A stretch of DNA of 64,000 nucleotides, taken from contig AP039700.1 of the NCBI GenBank assembly GCA_051599415.1, forward strand, positions 186,001 to 250,000, written 5' to 3'. Below are positions 41,181-53,200 of the stretch, one piece after another. The position numbers were made by a program, and so were the translations under genes. The stretch comes from Savitreella phatthalungensis. Its lineage: Eukaryota. Within the stretch, counting starts at the first letter, position 1, and each line of letters starts with the position of its first letter. The notes under the pieces are model-generated. The model was given only the letters and a program-made list of their open reading frames with translations. It was not told where the DNA came from and made no database searches.

Positions 41181-44100
41181 GATGGAAGTGGAGGGGGAGA
41201 TCGAGGCGAAGGTGGAAGGGTAGGAGAAGGATTAGGCGGGCGAAGTACCAGCTTAAATATGCGAGAGTTGGAGGGAACTCTTAAATGAGGCCCAAGCGAG
41301 CAGGTCGTGTGCTCGAGTGGAAGATTTGAGCAAGCTCCAAACACGATCGAGAGAGCAACAGAGTTAGCGAGCTGCGCAAGCGACTCAGGAGAGTACGAGC
41401 TAGCGGATGAGCTAGGTGGACGGGCGGTGTTCGGTAACGAAGGCTTTCTGATGTAGGGTGAAGCTGGTGAGCGTGTGTCTGAACCGTGTGACTCGGATGA
41501 AGTACGATACGAGTGTGGACGTTCTTCAGAGGGAGAGCGAGGAGGGGAGATGCTGAAGATGGATGCTTGGAAGATCCGAGTGGAAGAGGGAGGGGGTTAG
41601 AGGCAATATGGACGTCTTAGGATGATGCTGAACACTATGTTGATTTTCTGCTTGTGATCGAGGATGAGGATGAGCAGGAGGTGGTACTAGTGAAAGCAAG
41701 TTTAGCTTGTGGATGTGGTTGGAATTGACTGTGATGATGAGAGCGGGAAGTGGGAAAATTGAAAGACCCTGAAAGTTGAATGTAGGCGTATGGAATTGAT
41801 TACACCTTGACTAGTTACACTGGGCGCAGATTTCCGTGCTCTAAAACAGATTTAGGTCGATGGAGGCAAAAATCAATCTGAGAAGCGTTTGAGCGGGTGA
41901 AGTGGTTGTTCAAGAGCGGGTAAATTATGGATCAATTTCAATTTGACCGGTAGTGGATATAAAAGCCTAAATATTCTATTCTTGTGATTTAGATAGATTC
42001 TTTGCAAGTGTAGGCGATGACAAGATGACTAGTCCAACTTGTGTTAGAAATTGTTTACATGTTCCAGGCCGATCTACCTTGAAACCACGATTTTAACCAG
42101 GAGGAGGATCTGAAACGCAGATCACAGTATAATTTCGGAGGTGTTATCAAGCTGCACAAGGTCAACATCGGGTTTCCTCATGCTCGGGATCTTCCGTCTG
42201 CACCGCCCTGGTTTACCCAATCACATCACGCACGCGCTCAAAATTACCTTTCTTCACATTGGCCAACTTGTGGTTCTGGCCTGGGCTATTTCGACCAATT
42301 CAGCCACGATCGCGCTGCAAATTTGGGCGATGGTCGATAAGCACGTGTTTCTGCGTGTCTGTCGTGTTCTCAGACAACCAAAATCTGAGTTACACTCTGG
42401 CGTGTGGTGGGAGGCAGAATGCATGTTGAATGTTGCATACCGCAGGTAAGCATTGAATGAATGGAAGACTCTCGTGAGGTGCGTAGCGGATGATTTGAAG
42501 GGCTGGTGTTGCGGGTGCAAATCACCTCATGGATCCAGTCCTACATCATTTCCCCACTTGGCTAAGGGGTGGTAAATCTCGCTAGCACAGAGACATAGAA
42601 TGCGCGTGCTCGCGCTTGTAAAGGCGTCACAGATTCGAGCGCCAGGTGGAGCAGCAGGACAAGGGTTTTCAGAGCTGTGAATGAGATGAGATCAGAGGTG
42701 GACGGGAACGGTAAAATGCGATGCGATGTGAGGCTGTGTGTTGCGGGTAAGGTTTAACACGGCTCGATATCCTAAGGAAGGAATATCGAGCGCGAGCTAC
42801 GACACATCCGCTCAATCGAAGATCATGATAGATGTGAAAGGACATTGGTGGACAACCGCAGAGCTTCAGGGAAGGCAAGGAGAAGAAAAAGGAAACCTTG
42901 GTCTTAGGCCGAGCTCGATGATCTCACTTGCGCGTGCTTGAAAAGCGTGTATTTACTCCTCCCGCTGGCTCGCTCGCTCAATCAATCGATCGATTGATCA
43001 ATCGCTTGGACAGGATAGAAAAAAACGTTCGAGGTAAGGATGAATTAATGGTGCAGGCATGTGGAACCACAATGGTGCGTCGAGCAAACGAAGGGGACCC
43101 ACATTCGATTGCGACTCGATCGATCGATCGATTGGACTCACCGAATTAAATCAATCGAATTGATCCTGTCTAGCAAGCGTCGAGCACGCGGTTCTCCAGG
43201 AAGAAATCCTGAAATTCCTCCCATGTATGCGCGGCCTGCTGTGAAGCGACAAGAGATGGAGACACTCTACCTATACCGATTTCAGAGAAAATGCTGGCAC
43301 CATATGAGGACGGCCTGCTGTAGAGGCAGGTTCAATCTCGATTTTGAATTTTGGATTTCACTTGCAATCTCAATTCGATCTGAATTTTGATGGAGCGGAT
43401 GCGATAATTTGTTAGAGTGAGAGCTATACCGTATCTAAGCTTTTTTAGCTTGTAGGTCGATGAAAAACTAAGGAATTTACTAGTATCTGAGCTCAAAATA
43501 CTTAGTCTTGGCTCAAATCGAGCTCACTCGAAACCTCGTGAGCCAACCTCTTCCTAGGTCGGACGATCGCCCACTTTCGACGCTGCACACGACCAGGTCA
43601 AGACATGCGCAGGACGACGTGTCAGCAGGTCAGAAGCGCATTAGACTAGGTGCTGAATGGTTGTTGAAGACAATCGATGTCGATTCGAATCGCGGAATGC
43701 TCAGAATCGGCCGGTCGGTGCCTCACACTTCGCGCCGCTTGTTCACGATTTGTGCTCAGCTCGATTGCACTACAACCGTGTGAAGGTATCCCGCCCACTC
43801 AGGTCGATTGATTGACTGATTGCGAAAGGACTCCACGAACGCGCTCGATTGACAAAACTAGGCGTGATCTACAGATCAACAGGCTGCCCAGATCACGGAG
43901 CAGTGTCAGACAGCGCCGCAGTCGAGATCCAATGCGCCCCTCATTCAGCAATGCCGTGTCGTGTGTTGCCCCTGCCTCGCCACGAACCTGCGTGACAAGA
44001 CAAATCGTCCGACGGGAGTCTTTTTGACACGCATGATGACATACGGCTAGTTTGTTTTTGTTTGTTTTGCCTTATGACGCAGATGCTGGGTAAGGAAGCT

Positions 44101-45369
44101 GTCAACCTCAACATTGACGTGCACATGCCTGGATTGTCTAGCTGCCATTCGCAGGTTTCCCTGCGATACTACATGCCTATTGCAACCCTCAATGCTACAC
44201 AGCGAGATGAACAACAGTGCGTCATTCATTCTTGTCACTCGACCATCTCTGTCAGAGCTCTCACACACCAAGAAATCCTCCTGGACACTTTCCTGCATCC
44301 GCGTGTCAGTCGTTGTAATTTTATATCCTTTGAGAAGTTCCGATTTTCATCTGCGGTCATAGCGCGCTGAAAGATCTGGTTCCCGTCCGATCACCAAAGA
44401 TAACCAGCGCAGCGCCGGAATAGTACTGCCGTGGGAGACCAGGTGGGAAGTCCTGGTACTGCAGTTTTTACATTTTGTCTCTTTCTTTTTTGTCATGCTC
44501 GATACTGCTGCTGCTGCTGCTGCTGACGCCGATCTCATGCCAGCAGCCCACATCGGACATCCTACGAGGCAGTCCACTGCAAACACTGACCTTAATTGAC
44601 ACGAGGATCCCTATGAAGCGCTCAGCAGAGCCAATGTGATCGGATGAATTCGCGATCTCACACATCCACATGTTCTAGCTGTTGCTCCACATCAGTCCAG
44701 TACACTCACGACGTGCAGCACTGTGTCTCATCTCACGTAAAATGTCAGGATGAGAGCTATTTGTAGTGCGAGCATCGGGCCATGTCAACTTCAACCCCCG
44801 AAAAGAACAACCACGATTCGCATGCTCGCAAGTCCAAAAGCCCGGCATCTGGCCCTCAATCTGATATCCTGCAGCGTTCGCACAGTCTGAATTTGCATGC
44901 CCTCAATCGATTCCCTGCTGCTTGGCGTGCTGGTGGAAGGGTAATGTGTGGTTCGCTTAGCGGTGTGATATGATTGGCAGTCCCCGGAAAATGTGGATGG
45001 AGTTTTAGACGCATAAATTGCATCATGTGATTCACAACAATTGATCGGAAGTCGGTATCTGACTGGAAAACAGTTGTGGTGGTGGAGATCGACAATCTGG
45101 TCTTCTGATCAGCTGAGCATAAGTCTCCGTCCAATCAAGCTTGAAGTTGTCCCTGTAGCAGATGGATGGCTAGAACGGTGAGATCAAAGTCACGCGGCCA
45201 CGGAGGCATCACGAGACCCCATTACCCTTTCTATCTCTCACCAAACCCACCCCCAACCTCTCTCCCTTCCCCCCACACGCTATATAACCTGTAGGTCGCA
45301 CCAAATACCAACCCATCTCACACGACACCACCTCCAACTGCTGTTTCCACTCTATCACACGTAAGAAAG

Positions 45370-45828
45370 ATGTCATCGGTTGTGTCAGATTCGACGCTTG
45401 GGTCATCGCCAGTGAGTCAGCGGTCACGTCGACGATCTTCTGCTGCTGAGGGTGTGTACTCACCTAAGGAGTTGGCTGAGGAAGGGATCAAGATAGTGCT
45501 TCCTCAGGGTAAGACGCTTAAGAAGTTGAAGTGGCAGATCAACCGTGCTCCTGGCAAGATCGATTTCGATAAGCTCGATGTGGACGAGGAGACGCTCAAG
45601 ATGCCATTGACCGAGCCGCCTGTGAATAGGATCGACCTGAGGTTCCCACAGTCGCTGACGCTGACGTGTAGGAAGCCAAGAGGGTATGTGAGCGTCAGGG
45701 ATGCTATGGATACGATCTACAAGAAGTTCAAGTCAAAGGCAGATGAGGATCTCGGAGAGAAGACGCTTACCGAGATGGAGTGGGATCCAAATGATTACGG
45801 AACACTCGAACTCATTCTTCAGAAGTGA
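45370..45828 (+). CDS. Conserved-looking fungal hypothetical protein (152 aa)
   Basis: ATG ORF with TATA-like tatataa at 45281; RRRSS, W.IN, LT.PPV..IDL.FP, V.DA.D.IYK.FK.KADE.L, EWD pattern resembles a small uncharacterised ascomycete family (from memory, not searched). Confidence 0.75.
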   Translation: MSSVVSDSTLGSSPVSQRSRRRSSAAEGVYSPKELAEEGIKIVLPQGKTLKKLKWQINRAPGKIDFDKLDVDEETLKMPLTEPPVNRIDLRFPQSLTLTCRKPRGYVSVRDAMDTIYKKFKSKADEDLGEKTLTEMEWDPNDYGTLELILQK

Positions 45829-46066
45829 CGACCATGTCCAAAGTTCTTCCTCCTCTCTTTACGTATCTTTTCTGTTTTCGTTCAATTCACATCACTCGAT
45901 GCCCTTTTGACTCATCTCTTCCATCACCGTCAACGTGACATGCGTATTTGTGTCTAGAAGGTGCTACAGAACAGTCATGCAGTAAGGTTTTGTATCAACG
46001 GCAAATGATTTTTTTTGTTCTTTTTTTGTGTCTCTGTGGTTGGAGGAAATGGTAGTGGAGGTGATG

Positions 46067-47584
46067 CTACTGCTGTGGACGTGGTTGTCGAGCACCTCCA
46101 CCAGAACCACCTCCACCACGACCACCACCTCGACCTCCACCTCGACCACCCTGATGGTGTCCGCGCGAACCACCGTACCCACTCTGACCCTCGCCTGGTC
46201 CTCCCTGCTGCTGCTGTTGCTGTTGCTGCTGTTGCTGTGGCGGAGGAGGAGGTCGACGTTGTTGGGCGCCTGATTCTGTTCCTGCGGCTGTGATGGCTGA
46301 TGGTGCGACGTAAAGTCGCTTGTCGATGGTGTTCGGGATCGGTTGGATTTCCGTGCCGAGCTCTTGCTCAATCTTGTACAGATTGAATCTGTCCTCCCAC
46401 GAGACCAGGTTGATGGCGAGACCGAGGTGTCCGAATCTGCCAGATCGGCCGATCCTGTGCAAGTACGTCTCCGCGTTCTTCGGGAAGTCAAAGTTGATGA
46501 CGACGTTGACTGCCTGAATGTCGATACCGCGAGTCAGCAGATCCGAACATACGAGGTTGCGGGAGTTGCCGTTGCGGAAGTCGTGGAAAACGCGATTCCG
46601 GTGGGCCTGAATCATCTTTGCGTGGGAGTAGAAGCACGAGTATCCGAGCTCTGTGATCTTCTTCGCCAACAGCTCTACACGGTTCGTGCTGTTGCAGAAG
46701 ATGATGGACTGGTTGATCTGGAGTCTGGAGAAGAGGGTGTTGAGGCAGTGTAGCTTTTGCTTTTCCTCCACAAAGGCGTAGTACTGGGTGACACCGCGCA
46801 ATGTCAGTTCTTCCATGAGGTTGATCTCGTATGGGTCGTTGAGGTTGCGGTCCATGAACCGCTTGACGGTCATCGGGAAGGTGGCTGAGAAGAGGGAGAT
46901 CTGCCGATCGGTCGGGCAGAAGGCTAGCAGCTGCTCGATGACGGGAACGAACTCTGGCGAGAGCAGCTTGTCTGCCTCGTCCATGACAAAGGTAGGGCAG
47001 CCGTCTAGCTTAGCGATGCCTTTGCCGGCCAAATCGAGGATACGTCCAGGTGTTCCGACGATGACATGGATTGGGTCTTCAAGACGAAGGATGTCCTGCG
47101 ACAGACTTGTGCCGCCGGTAGTGACGAGGACGTTAATGCCGAGGTATTTGCCGAGCGCCTTGCAGACCTGTGCTGTCTGGAGTGCGAGCTCACGTGTGGG
47201 CGTGAGGAGGAGTGCCTGGATCTTGTTGACGTTCTTGTCAACCTTTTCGAGTGATGGGATGACGAAGGCTGCAGTCTTGCCAGTACCGTTCTTGGCACGT
47301 GCTAGAATATCTCTGCCAGTGAGTGCGATGGGGATGGCCTCTTCCTGGATGGGGGACGGCTTCTCGAAGCCTGCTTCAAAGATACCCATGAGGAGTTCGC
47401 GCTTTAGTCGCATGTCTGAGAACTCGAGTCCTTTAGTGTTGAGGACGTCCTCTGTCTGTGGACGCTCATCCCGTGCTGGAATGTTGAGCTCTGACTTCCA
47501 GTTGTCTGTCGAACCTGTGCCGTTGCCGTTGCCGCTGCCATTGAGCGAGGTACCGGCAAGCTTGTTGGTGATCTCCGTTGTCAT
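46067..47584 (-). CDS. DHH1: DEAD-box RNA helicase Dhh1/Ste13 (DDX6)
   Basis: [46 protein letters not shown]-rich/RGG C-terminus. Confidence 0.97.
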   Translation of the reverse strand: MTTEITNKLAGTSLNGSGNGNGTGSTDNWKSELNIPARDERPQTEDVLNTKGLEFSDMRLKRELLMGIFEAGFEKPSPIQEEAIPIALTGRDILARAKNGTGKTAAFVIPSLEKVDKNVNKIQALLLTPTRELALQTAQVCKALGKYLGINVLVTTGGTSLSQDILRLEDPIHVIVGTPGRILDLAGKGIAKLDGCPTFVMDEADKLLSPEFVPVIEQLLAFCPTDRQISLFSATFPMTVKRFMDRNLNDPYEINLMEELTLRGVTQYYAFVEEKQKLHCLNTLFSRLQINQSIIFCNSTNRVELLAKKITELGYSCFYSHAKMIQAHRNRVFHDFRNGNSRNLVCSDLLTRGIDIQAVNVVINFDFPKNAETYLHRIGRSGRFGHLGLAINLVSWEDRFNLYKIEQELGTEIQPIPNTIDKRLYVAPSAITAAGTESGAQQRRPPPPPQQQQQQQQQQQGGPGEGQSGYGGSRGHHQGGRGGGRGGGRGGGGSGGGARQPRPQQ

Positions 47585-48212
47585 GATTGGACGGATCTAG
47601 ATGCGACTAGCAGGGTAGCAGGCTAGTAGGAGGAGTAGGGTGAAGATGACGGTGAGAGGGAATCTCTGATGCACGTGCTCGGTTGGTAGCGTGTGTGCTT
47701 GCTTAGTGACTTCGTAAACCCTTTGTGGGGCGGGTGTCTTCTGGCGTAATTTGACGCTTTGATGAAGAAGTTGACTCGTTGGTTTTTGGGGGTCTGCTCT
47801 TGACCTACAGATCGATTCAGCTCTTTGTTGTCTAGCTGCGTGAATGAGGTTTGTTCTGGTTCAAATGTTCTTCTTGCACTGTCCGGACAAAGGCAGCTAC
47901 GTGCAAAGGAGATTGTTTTCGTTGTGATTGAGTTGTGACTCGATGGATTTGACCAATCTTTGAGCTAGCAAGGAAGCCTGTGCGTGATTGACGGGACTTG
48001 GAACCTGCCGTTGGCGTGTACCTGTGATGCTGTCAAGTTGATGAGGCGAAGGTACTTGAGTGGGAGTGTGTGGGAGTATGTAGGTATGTGAATATGTGAG
48101 AAGCCTGGTAGAGGATATAGGTGGTAGGGATGTCGTTGGACCAGTTTGGGAGCAGGTGTTGGTTTGTGTGTGTGTGTGTGTCTTACCTTACACTTACCAT
48201 TGAGCAGAAGCA

Positions 48213-48347
48213 CAGAAAGCAAAAGAAGAAGAAGAAGCAAAAGAAGAAGAAGAAGAGGAAGTAGAAGAGGAAGTAGAAGAAGAAGTAGAAGAAGTAGAAG
48301 AAGAAGTAGAAGAAGTAGAAGAAGAAGTAGAAGAAGTAGTAGAGAGA
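48213..48347. repeat. Purine-rich (GAA)n/(GAAGTA)n compound microsatellite in the DHH1-PHO85 divergent region
   Basis: agaagaagaagaagc...gaagtagaagaagaagtagaagaagtagaag. Confidence 0.85.
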
Positions 48348-48909
48348 TGATGCTCTACCTGGACGAATACACTAAGAAGGAATAATTCATCGACAGAAGT
48401 TTATATAGTCCAGGTTGGAAAGATATATAGTAAGGAATAATTGATGATTGGACTTGCCTATGATATAAATTATATCTATTAAATCTTTCTCGAGTTTCTG
48501 ATCCCGCCGAGGGAGTCAGAATCATGCACCCGGGTGTCACATTCAGTTGCTTATAGGGCAGTCTTGGAAGCAGCAGCTTGTGTTATGATGACTCTGCAGT
48601 GATCAATTCGAGATGATTACTCACGTGTGATTCTGGACTGATTAGGTCAACTGCAGACGACTCATGACTTACACTGACTAACTTGGTCGAGCTGACTTTG
48701 ATGAATTATAGATATATCGATCTGGATTACCGAATTGGGCAAGTGCAACCGTCAAATTCACAATTCAGCAGGACAAGATTCAGGATGCACAAACCTCAAA
48801 TTCTGAAAAACGAATCCAAAGTGGATCAACAGTTCAGCAACCCGTGCAGAAAAACAGATTCATTCCAGCCAGGTTGAAGAAAAATACAGGATTCACCCTC
48901 AGCAACAGA

Positions 48910-48947
48910 TACACACACACACACATATATACACACACACATACACA
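48910..48947. repeat. (AC)n/(AT)n compound microsatellite
   Basis: tacacacacacacacatatatacacacacacatacac. Confidence 0.8.
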
Positions 48948-49289
48948 ACTTCATGCATCCATTCATCCATACATTCATCCACCCACACATACACGTATAC
49001 ACACTCAAAAGAGTATACTAGTACAACACTCCAGCTCCACCATCTCCTCCATCTCCACCATCTCCACCATCACATACTCACCCATCTTCTGTCTCTCTCT
49101 CGCGCGCTCTCTCTCTCTCAGTCTCGAGTCACGAATTCCTTCAGCGCCTTCTAATACTCAACTACTGCATCCCGCATCTTCCTCTTCTTCTTCTTCTCCT
49201 GCTTCTCCTACTCTTCTGGCGCAGTCATCAGCACGCTCATCAATCCATTCTAACCTTCACACCCTTTCCTCTCAAACGTCAATCCAGTC

Positions 49290-50282
49290 ATGAACTTCCA
49301 ACAGCTTGGTAAGCTCATACACCCACACTCATCCACGCTTCCTCTACTGACACGATACTTGCATAGAAAAACTGGGTGAAGGCACGTATGCAACCGTCTA
49401 CAAGGGAAAGAACAGGACAACAGGCGAGACGGTAGCCCTCAAGGAGATCCACCTCGACAGCGAAGAAGGAACTCCATCGACCGCTATCCGTGAAATTTCC
49501 CTGATGAAGGAACTTAAGCACGAAAACATTGTCGGGCTCTGGGACGTCATCCACACAGACAACAAGCTCATGCTTGTGTTCGAGTTCATGGACAAAGATC
49601 TGAAAAAGTACATGGACTCGCACGGAAAGAACTGCGCACTGGACCCACCAACCATCAGATCATTCATGTACCAGCTCCTCAAAGGCATCGCCTTCTGCCA
49701 CGACAACCGCGTTCTCCACAGAGACCTCAAGCCTCAAAACCTTTTGATCAACAAGCGCGGCCAACTCAAACTTGCAGATTTTGGTCTCGCTCGGTAAGTC
49801 TCCAGCCGTGCTCCATTTTCCACACCCCTGCTTTCAGCAACAGGACTGACAATTTATCTAGCGCTTTCGGTATTCCTGTCAACACATTCTCGAACGAGGT
49901 GGTGACGTTGTGGTACCGTGCTCCTGATGTCTTGCTCGGCAGCCGGACGTACTCGACGTCGATTGACATGTGGAGTGCTGGCTGCATCATGGCTGAGATG
50001 TTCACCGGCCGGCCTCTTTTCCCTGGTCAGAACAACGAGGATGAACTACTCAAGATCTTCAGACTCATGGGTACACCGAACGAGCAGTCGTGGCCGGGCG
50101 TGTCGCAGTACCAGGAGTACAAGGCAACCTGGCCCTACTACGTCACTCAGGACCTAGCACAGATCCTGCCGATGATCGATCCTGCAGGACTAGACCTCCT
50201 CTCAAGACTCCTCGTCATGCAACCAAACCACAGAATCTCAGCAAAGGACGCACTACACCACCCTTACTTCATCATCGGCTAG
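49290..50282 (+). CDS. PHO85: Cyclin-dependent kinase Pho85/Pef1, 3 exons: join(49290..49308,49367..49793,49862..50282), 288 aa
   Basis: Spliced [20 protein letters not shown]...[18 protein letters not shown]...HRDLKPQN...[25 protein letters not shown]. Introns 49309-49366 and 49794-49861 have GTAAG donors, CTGAC branch sites and TAG acceptors. Confidence 0.96.
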
Positions 50283-53200
50283 ATTCAGTTCTGAACCCAT
50301 CATCTTGTAGATATGACATATACCGTTCTCATGTGCCGCCAGTTCGATGACTTGGCCGTCACCAATTCTCTGACGATCTTGATCTGAGTTAACAATTGTG
50401 ATACTCATCGTTCATCACTAGACGCAGTCGATGGGTTGCGAGGTTAAAGAGTATACGATGTGTCCACTGACGATCACATTCCACATCTTGACTTTCCAGA
50501 ACCAGCTGAACCCTCCCTCACCCTATCTGACGAATGCGAGTGTATCAAGGTGTCTAGATCCTCCAGGCCATCGTGTTGTGTCGTTTGTGCGTCAGGTGTA
50601 TCTGCCAGCCAGACTTCTCGGACGCTTCGCCGGCAGCCTAGATCCCTGCACTTTATCGAGAATGAGTAGAGTCTAAGTCTGTCTGAGAGACATACACACG
50701 ATGTATAGGTCTCATCTGCCATCCCCTCCAAACACTCTCAGCAGTTCAAACGAATCGGGAAGCACAAGAATCTCCAGACCAGTCGATTGAACGACTTCTT
50801 CTTCAGTCACACGAGTGGAGTCATCGACTGAGGGTCGCCATGGATACTTAGCTGGAGACTGACGGTCTGGCGAGTAGACGCAGTGTCTGTGTTGTGTCGC
50901 GTCCGACACCCAATTCAGCCCGACATCTTTCCCAGGGATGCTTTCGAAGCAGTACTCGTGGTCGACGTTCCCACTTCAGCTCGGAGTGTCTGGCGCAGGT
51001 CCGGATCAACACTCGGTCAAAGCATATGTACGGAGCCACTGGGGTGAGCAGACCTGTACAGTAGAAGACCCTAGATCAGCAAGCCCATCTGGGAGTATCA
51101 ATGCTCGATGCAGCTAATCATGAAGTCTCAAGCGGACCGACAATGCACCAGTGCAGTTGTTCGGATGCGCTGCTGAAGTGACTATAGGTGTGTAAGTGTG
51201 TGTATGGATCGCTGAATGGTCGTCTCGTCTCCGTGTCCTTGAGCAGCAAGTCACTTACGCTGTTTACGCTGGGGTACGATGCATATGTCAGTTAGTCCTG
51301 GTAGGCCCGAGAGTCCTTTGCAAGCGCTCGTGTTGCGGCCATATGTGCGTCTGTGTGTCACGTAGATAGCTTCTTTTCACGTGATAGGTTTACTGAGTCA
51401 ATCAGAGGGACGCAAAGCACGAAACAACAATACCAATCACCACACCTACGCGATCAATTCATCTACGACCGAAAGCAAGCAAACACTGCAGTTCTATCCA
51501 TCGTTGTCATTGTAGTCCCATGATACGTTGGAGTCTGCTCCAGATTGTCTGTAGTCATCAGGACCGTGGACATAAGCGGCATTAAGGTGATTTTGGAGAG
51601 TGTGTCGAAAGTTGACATTTTCCAATTCACGCACACGCGCACGAGACACGCGGATTCTACTCAGTGAGCGTGGCCGGACTAGACTTCCACTTATGAAGCA
51701 TGCGCGTGCGGGATACAGAAGGCGGACGCACAAGCGAGCGAGCGAGTGAGAAAGAGAGTGGGGGTAATTGTGTGTTGGTCAGTTGAAGACGGACATGCGG
51801 GCAGAGTACCTGGAGCTGAGGGACAGCTCAACCAAGTAGCATCGTGTTGGAGATCTGCAGCAGACACCAATCGCTACAAATCGGCAGTCGACCTACTGAC
51901 TGTCTAGCTAGGGCACTCTCACCGCCAGTCGCTCCTTCCACCCCCGTTCTCACCGGATTGAAAGCATCAAGTCACGCGATCGTCCATTGGATGCAACGGT
52001 CATTCTATTGATGAGAAGAGATGATGAGCGTTGACCTGAATCCTCTGGAGAAGCCTTGTGAAGACTCTAGAACGGATTATTCGACACAGCATAGAAGCAG
52101 GATTCGCTTTTTGGCTAGTTGACCGGTCTCAACCTCGAGCTGTGAGACCTGGAAGAAATTGATCTGACCCAACTTACCGGTTCCACGTTCTCGGATCATC
52201 GTCAATTAGCTGGTTGATGATTGGTTCCGTGTTGAAGAGTCGAAAAATGTCAATTCCTCCGTCTTTTAGCCAGGGCCCCTCTTGGCCAAATTTCCTCTGT
52301 TTTTCGATGCACGTTTGATGAATACCATATTCTAGAGCGGTCCAGGTCTAGATCCTATACCAGGCCAGAAGAACTTTAGCCTACAGGCAGATGGACGGAG
52401 GCAGAAGAGGTCTGACGCGTAATAGCGATTCTCTGTATGCAGCTTTCCGGTGTCTGATAGAGTATGCAGTCGCTCGACGAGATTACGATGGCTCGTATTG
52501 AGTTGAACGGGTGAGTGTTTCAGGATGAAACACCTCGTCATCCTCCACGCGCTTTTTCCATTTTTGAGCCACACGAGAAGGACAAGCACGAGGAGGACAA
52601 TACTTGTCCTTCTCTAGCAGTCTGAGCAGCTAGATGATGTCGAAGCTGCCGAGCCGATTGTCTTTGTGAACGTCGAGTTGTGATTGCCATTGAGAGCTGC
52701 CATGGATGACAGCTCGTTGTGCTGGACGACAGTTGTTTCCTCCGTTGACCTTCGACAGATTGCTGGCCAACTTAAGCGATAGGCGATACATAGATAGCAA
52801 TCTAGACACTCGCATGGCAGCACGTTTGATCTACAAAAGCCGTTCAAGAATCTCAAACCTTGATGCGGCATGTATGAGTGTTCTGCTTTGACAGCGTCAG
52901 CATAATCACATTGTGATCGCGTTCAGTACAAGCATATCATAGCCAACATAGCCTGTGTTAAACAGGCTAAAGCATGCGCATCCTCGTCGACGTGCGTCCC
53001 GGTCAGCGTGGAGGATGCTCATTGGCTGGACTGGATAGCCTAATGAGTTTAATCGAGTGGAGACAACACAACTGTCAGACACTGATGCAAGTCAAACGAG
53101 ACGATTTGACAGCTCACATTAGCAATTGATGATGTTGGGAGATCCAGAGCAGGAGAGTGCTTATTCGCTTACTCATCTTCAGCTACCTCTCTGCGTTGAT

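Noticed and set aside
44975..44995. CAGTCCCCGG resembling RNase MRP CR-I
   Set aside because: No matching CR-V/P4 partner found downstream
47597..48200. ATG|GTAAGT at 48200-48192 as a possible first exon of DHH1 spliced in frame to 47596
   Set aside because: No CTRAC branch site near the acceptor, the intron would be about 10 times longer than others, and Dhh1 is complete from ATG 47584
48584..48640. ATGATGA...CTGA C/D-box snoRNA-like spacing
   Set aside because: No convincing terminal stem or recognisable rRNA/snRNA antisense element
48146..49293. Arg-rich (48146-48385) and His/Ser-rich (48844-49293) ORFs
   Set aside because: Non-ATG starts; translations of microsatellite and promoter/UTR DNA
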